DNA from: Podarcis muralis | Lineage: Eukaryota | Direction: 5' to 3' | Length of the DNA: 64,000 nt | NCBI RefSeq assembly: GCF_964188315.1 | Contig: NC_135667.1 | Location: 24,924,001-24,988,000, forward strand | In this document: positions 59,401 to 64,000 of the stretch, piece by piece | Layout: each line of letters opens with the position of its first letter | Position numbering within the stretch: the first letter of the stretch is position 1 | Program-made: the position numbers and the translations under genes | The notes under the pieces: generated by a model | What the model was told of the DNA's origin: nothing | Database searches by the model: none | The model's input: the letters and a program-made list of their open reading frames with translations, nothing else

Positions 59401-61299
59401 ATACCATTGTTAGAAGTGAAAATTTGAACTTGTAGTGTTGTAACCAGACTTAGACATGCTTAGTGCAGATCTATTGCAATCAATGTGACAGTCATTAGTC
59501 ATGGCTAACAAAAACAATTTCTTTTTAAATGGCTCTACTCTTAGTATCATTAAATTTTGATCAGACCTTTATTTCATTCTGGACATAATTTATTAAAATG
59601 CTCACCTCAATCTGAAGTTGATTCTCTTTGAATATGGCAGTGCATGTATGCCTGAGACTAAATTTTATTTGCAGAAGCATGTGCTTTGAACAGCAGTGTG
59701 TTTCATCTCTGCTCCCAATAATGGTCATAAAGCTGTGAATCACCAAGGTGATCCATAGCTTGCATCATGGAGTTGTACCTTGGAGATTTACAATGTCTTA
59801 ACTTACAATCCTTTCTCTAATTCACCAAAAGAGGCAGAAGATGTAATCTTTTCTTTTTTAAAAAAGCCATTCACTTCATGCTTAGGAGCTTTAACCATTT
59901 CACTCTCATTTTTAAGAATTATTTAGCTTACGTAACTCAGCTGTGAGAAAACAAAGTTGGACTTACTGTGAAATGTCCTTCTAGTCAGTGGAGTGTAGAT
60001 CATAGAGGCAAGGGATGCTTCCTCCTGGAGGCAGATTCAAACAGTTTTTGCAAATAACTAGTGTTGGCCAGCCATATGGGGAGGGAAGCTTCTGCTAACT
60101 TACAATTCCTACCTAACTTGAACAAATAACCTGAACAGTGGCCTCCAAGTGCAACAAAAATGCCAGGATCAGCAAAACTCTTCAGCCATGACAGCTTCTC
60201 ACTTGGTCATGGAGAGTCCTCAAATGGGAAGGAGATGTGAGGACTCCTTCTCAAAGCCTAGTAAGCACTTACTAGGCATTGGGAAGAAGGAGGGTGGATT
60301 CTAGGGCCCTGTCAGAGCCCTCACACCCCTTCCCAAAGGGCTTGTTGTTTGGTTTCATTGCCAGGTACTGGCTGGAAGGCAGTGGAAAACTCTGCCCATT
60401 GAGTGTCCTCCCCATGGGGCTCCATCTTGGCCAGGGAAGAAGTATGGTCTTTTTCTGGCTTGCCACCATCTTTTCTTCTCTTTTTCCAAAACTATTTTGA
60501 TTCTGCTCCACTCCTCCACTGATCAAGCAATAAGTATTCTGAACTAATCTGATTTCAAGGGGTACTTCCTATTATAAACAGTTGTTCTCAAAGTTTATTC
60601 TCCATAAAACACTTGAAAATGTGTGTAGGTCTTGGTAGACAACTCCCCCCCCCCAAATGCTCTTATAGCAATTGTAATGTGCTGTGGTAAATGCTGTATG
60701 TTTTTAATTGTATTTTTATTCCTTTTATTTCTTATCTTCCATTCTATTATATTGCATTTTCAGTGCCATAGAATTCAGATGACAAGCATTCTTCTCAGAA
60801 ACACTTTGGAGTACTTCAATGAAGCTCACAGACAACTAGTGGTCTGCACAACAGAGTTGAGGAACCCTGTTCTAAAATGAATCAATTTATTTAATACTGG
60901 CTTCTAAAGCAGCTTTCAATTAAATACACACAAACTCTCATTTTTCAGGCTCTGCTCCTTTCATTGTTCTTTACAATAAATGAATTGGCTAGAAAAAATA
61001 AACTAGTCCAATTAGCTTCAGTATTCTTCCAGCAATATTCTGCTCTCTACTATCAAATGACTATTCTTAGAATTATAATACACTCTGGCATCCTCCAATA
61101 TGTTGCCAGTGACCTTGTAGAATAATTTAACAGTTGCACAGCCCTACTAAATACATCTGGTGAATTCAAAAGCAAGTCATCAATCAATAGCCCTATCCTA
61201 CTGAGACTCCCCACTAATCTGGTTATTAAAAAGTATATTACTCCTCTATATCTATTCTGATTGTGATCCCTTAATAAATTGGCATCTATTTATCAATGT

Positions 61300-61700
61300 G
61301 TCAAGATAACTTCTGAAGCTTTATAAAATAGAGTCCATCATCATAGCTTATATTGTATTGTATTATATTGTGTTGTGAATTCTGGATGATAGGTTTTTCA
61401 AAGAAACAGGATTGCCTGGAGCTCTTTATCAAAAGACTTGTTTGCTTGTGTTTATGTTTACATATTTTACTGTATTTAATATAATATAATATTTCCTTGA
61501 GTTTCCTTGAATTCAAAACAGAAATAATATTCCTTACTGTTAAAGCAACATAAGACACAAGAATCAAGGTAAACATACTATTTATAATAAATATGCCATA
61601 ATTCAACCTCTTTATTGAAGAAACCTGGGCTCTATTGCCAATGAATACATTTGAAACATTTAACACAAACAATTCAGCAGAATAGTGTCTTTAAACCTAA
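61300..61700 (-). mobile_element. Highly decayed L1-type RT relic
   Basis: SSRQSCF (cf. GTRQGCP) and ISYDDGLYF (cf. SLYADD) in the expected order. Confidence 0.4.
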
Positions 61701-62439
61701 ATGTAGCATAATGATAGCCATTGATGAGTATTGAGCATGACAGTCATTGATAATCTCATTCTCCAGCATTAATTCTAATTTCCATTTTAAGACCTTCTAA
61801 ATTGGTGGCCATCACCACATCCAATGAATTCTACAGGCTACCTAAGTATTGTGTGACTGATCTCCCCACCAGAAATTCTAGATTGTAGCCAGTTTAATGA
61901 GCAAACTTACAGCAAGATCCACTTGAATGACTAGGGTTAGAACCTGTGATTGAGTCAAGAGGTTCCTTATGCAACTAAACCATGCCAGCATGACTACCCA
62001 TCACCTGCTGTGCCAGAAGAATACTGGCTTATCCCTACCATTCTGGCTGAGCTGGGACCAGGTAATCTGAGCTGAGCATGGCGAATCATAAACCAACATA
62101 AAGCCTCAAAAAGGGGTGTTCTGGGACCATAGCTGGACAACAGATGTAGGACTTAGGATGGAGCCTAGCCATGGTCATCTGGATCATGTTACCTGGAAAT
62201 TTGACATAAGTTTAGTAGGGGAAAAAAGGATCATGTGAGACAAAAACAAGTTTTGCTCTGCCTGTCTTAAGCAGCAGTAGCACAGATTCTGAATGGACTT
62301 TGCATCTAATGTGGTTTACACCAGAATAGCTGAGACTGGGCTTGATCAGTATAAGGTTTCCCAAAAAAATATCAAACTCAGTCCTTATTAAGTCCTTCCC
62401 AACATAATGTTTACAAGAATGTTGATGTGTTCAATTAGG

Positions 62440-62700
62440 CAATGAAGCTTTTTAATTTTGAAGGTATTAGTTACACTTCTTTCTGAATGTTTATTACAGC
62501 ATCCAGACACTGATCCAATGCTTTATCTGTCCCTTCTGAGTCAGATGTTATAGAGAAGTAGAGCTGTGTATAATCAGTGAATGGGTGGCACCTTGTTTCA
62601 AAACTCCTAACGACCACACTAAACAGCTTGCATTAAATAGCACTGAGGAAAGACCAGTATCCTGTGGAATCCCATTGTACAAATGCCAGGGGATACAAGA
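62440..62700 (-). mobile_element. L2 RT relic
   Basis: GIPQDTGLSSVLFN...VVRSFETRCHPFTDYTQLYFS...ALDQCLDAV. Confidence 0.7.
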
Positions 62701-63154
62701 TTCATATTTCTACCAAACATATGAAATAATCATTAATGTTGTCAAATAAACTCATATTTAGTGGGAATGTGACATCCATGTGATTGTTTGCTAATATAAA
62801 TCACAAATGCCCTGAAGCAGAAGCCAAGTTAGATGGTCCTTCAGATTTTTGGAAATGGTAAAGAACATGACTGTTTTTAACCACAGATGCATAGAATAAC
62901 AATATGTATCACTTGCATCCAACATACATCCAAAACATTTCTCCAAAAACCTTTCAGAAAAGGAATTCTGAAATACAACAAAAGAAATTACAACATTCAT
63001 GTAGTCATTATCACTTAATCCATTAATATGACAAAGAGCCTAGGAGTGTGATAAATAAATAAAAATGAGACGGGTCCTATTTTAAGCAGAAGGGAATATA
63101 CCTAATATGAACATTTAGTTTCTCCATGTTTTTCAAATATCTGGAAATGATGAA

Positions 63155-64000
63155 TCATGCAATGAGATGTTTCAGTTTTCTGGGTATTTTCCACACCGCC
63201 AGTTGGATGTCCTTGTTCCTGAGACTATAAATTATGGGATTAAGAACTGGTGGCAAAACTGTATATAATACAGCCGCAACCAAGTCCACAGTGGGGGAAG
63301 AAAGTGCTTTTGGCCTCATGTATGAAAACACACCTGTGGTGATGAATAAAGAAAAGACAGTCAGGTGAGGAGTGCAGGTAGAGAAAGCTTTATATCTGCC
63401 TTGGACTGATGGGATCCTCAGCACAGCAGAAAATATGTAGCCGTAGGAAGTAAAGATGAAGGTAAAAAAGAAAGAGTCCGGAATAAACCCAAAGACAAAA
63501 ATAAGAATTTGATTCACTTTTGTATCACTGCAAGAAATCTTTTGCAATTGAGGAATGTCACAAAAATATTGCTCAATCATATTGGTTCCACAGAAATTTA
63601 GTATGAAAGTAAAACTGGTTTCCAGTACAGCATGGATCAGGCTGCCTATCCAGCAAGTAGCTGCCAATTGGATACAGGCATCCCGATTCATGATTAAGGT
63701 ATATTGTAGTGGACGGCAGATTGCTACGTAACGGTCATATGCCATAACAGTGAGCAAGGCAAGCTCCCCACCAACAAATGTGACCACTAAGAAGACCTGT
63801 GTGACACATCCCGCAAAAGAAATCATGTTGTTGTTTGTCAGTGAAATGGCGATGGATTTGGGCACAGTAGTGGAGATGGAGCAAACATCAAACAATGACA
63901 GGTTGGTTAAAAAGAAGTACATCGGGCTGTGAAGGTGGTGGTCTAGGGCCACAGCTGTGATGATGAGAGAATTTCCTAATAAGGCTGTTAAGTAAATGAA
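63155..64000 (-). CDS. Olfactory receptor, class II, OR14-like; 5' end outside the window; paralog of 55516-56451
   Basis: Frame is open from the window edge (FIYLTALLGNSLIITAVALDHHLHSPMYFFL...) to the stop at 63155. Confidence 0.93.
   Translation of the reverse strand, partial: FIYLTALLGNSLIITAVALDHHLHSPMYFFLTNLSLFDVCSISTTVPKSIAISLTNNNMISFAGCVTQVFLVVTFVGGELALLTVMAYDRYVAICRPLQYTLIMNRDACIQLAATCWIGSLIHAVLETSFTFILNFCGTNMIEQYFCDIPQLQKISCSDTKVNQILIFVFGFIPDSFFFTFIFTSYGYIFSAVLRIPSVQGRYKAFSTCTPHLTVFSLFITTGVFSYMRPKALSSPTVDLVAAVLYTVLPPVLNPIIYSLRNKDIQLAVWKIPRKLKHLIA

Overview
Vertebrate genomic DNA from a squamate reptile, probably a lacertid lizard, judged from Sauria SINEs and BovB/CR1/L2/L1/Penelope relics. 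The window is part of an olfactory receptor cluster: seven complete, intact single-exon class II (OR14-like) ORFs plus an eighth running off the right edge, arranged as three paralog pairs and two singletons. A vomeronasal type-2 receptor (V2R) fragment, exons 1-3 only, sits on the minus strand between OR genes. The dominant insertion is a very young, ORF-intact Ty3/Gypsy chromovirus of the Tf1/sushi group (27899-36278). It has a Tf1-type self-priming PBS, a GGGAAAC -1 frameshift site with a predicted pseudoknot, and an odd architecture: 1.83 kb of the 5' flanking host DNA (BovB and CR1 fragments) is duplicated exactly at the PPT/3'-LTR junction, so the element is bounded by 2.58-kb near-identical direct repeats. 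Also present are a decayed Ngaro/DIRS tyrosine-recombinase retroelement with an SGNH hydrolase ORF, two solo LTRs with perfect 5-bp TSDs, hAT and Tc1/mariner MITEs, and a probable gene-conversion tract between two OR paralogs. All alignments and comparisons were done by eye; no database searches were run.
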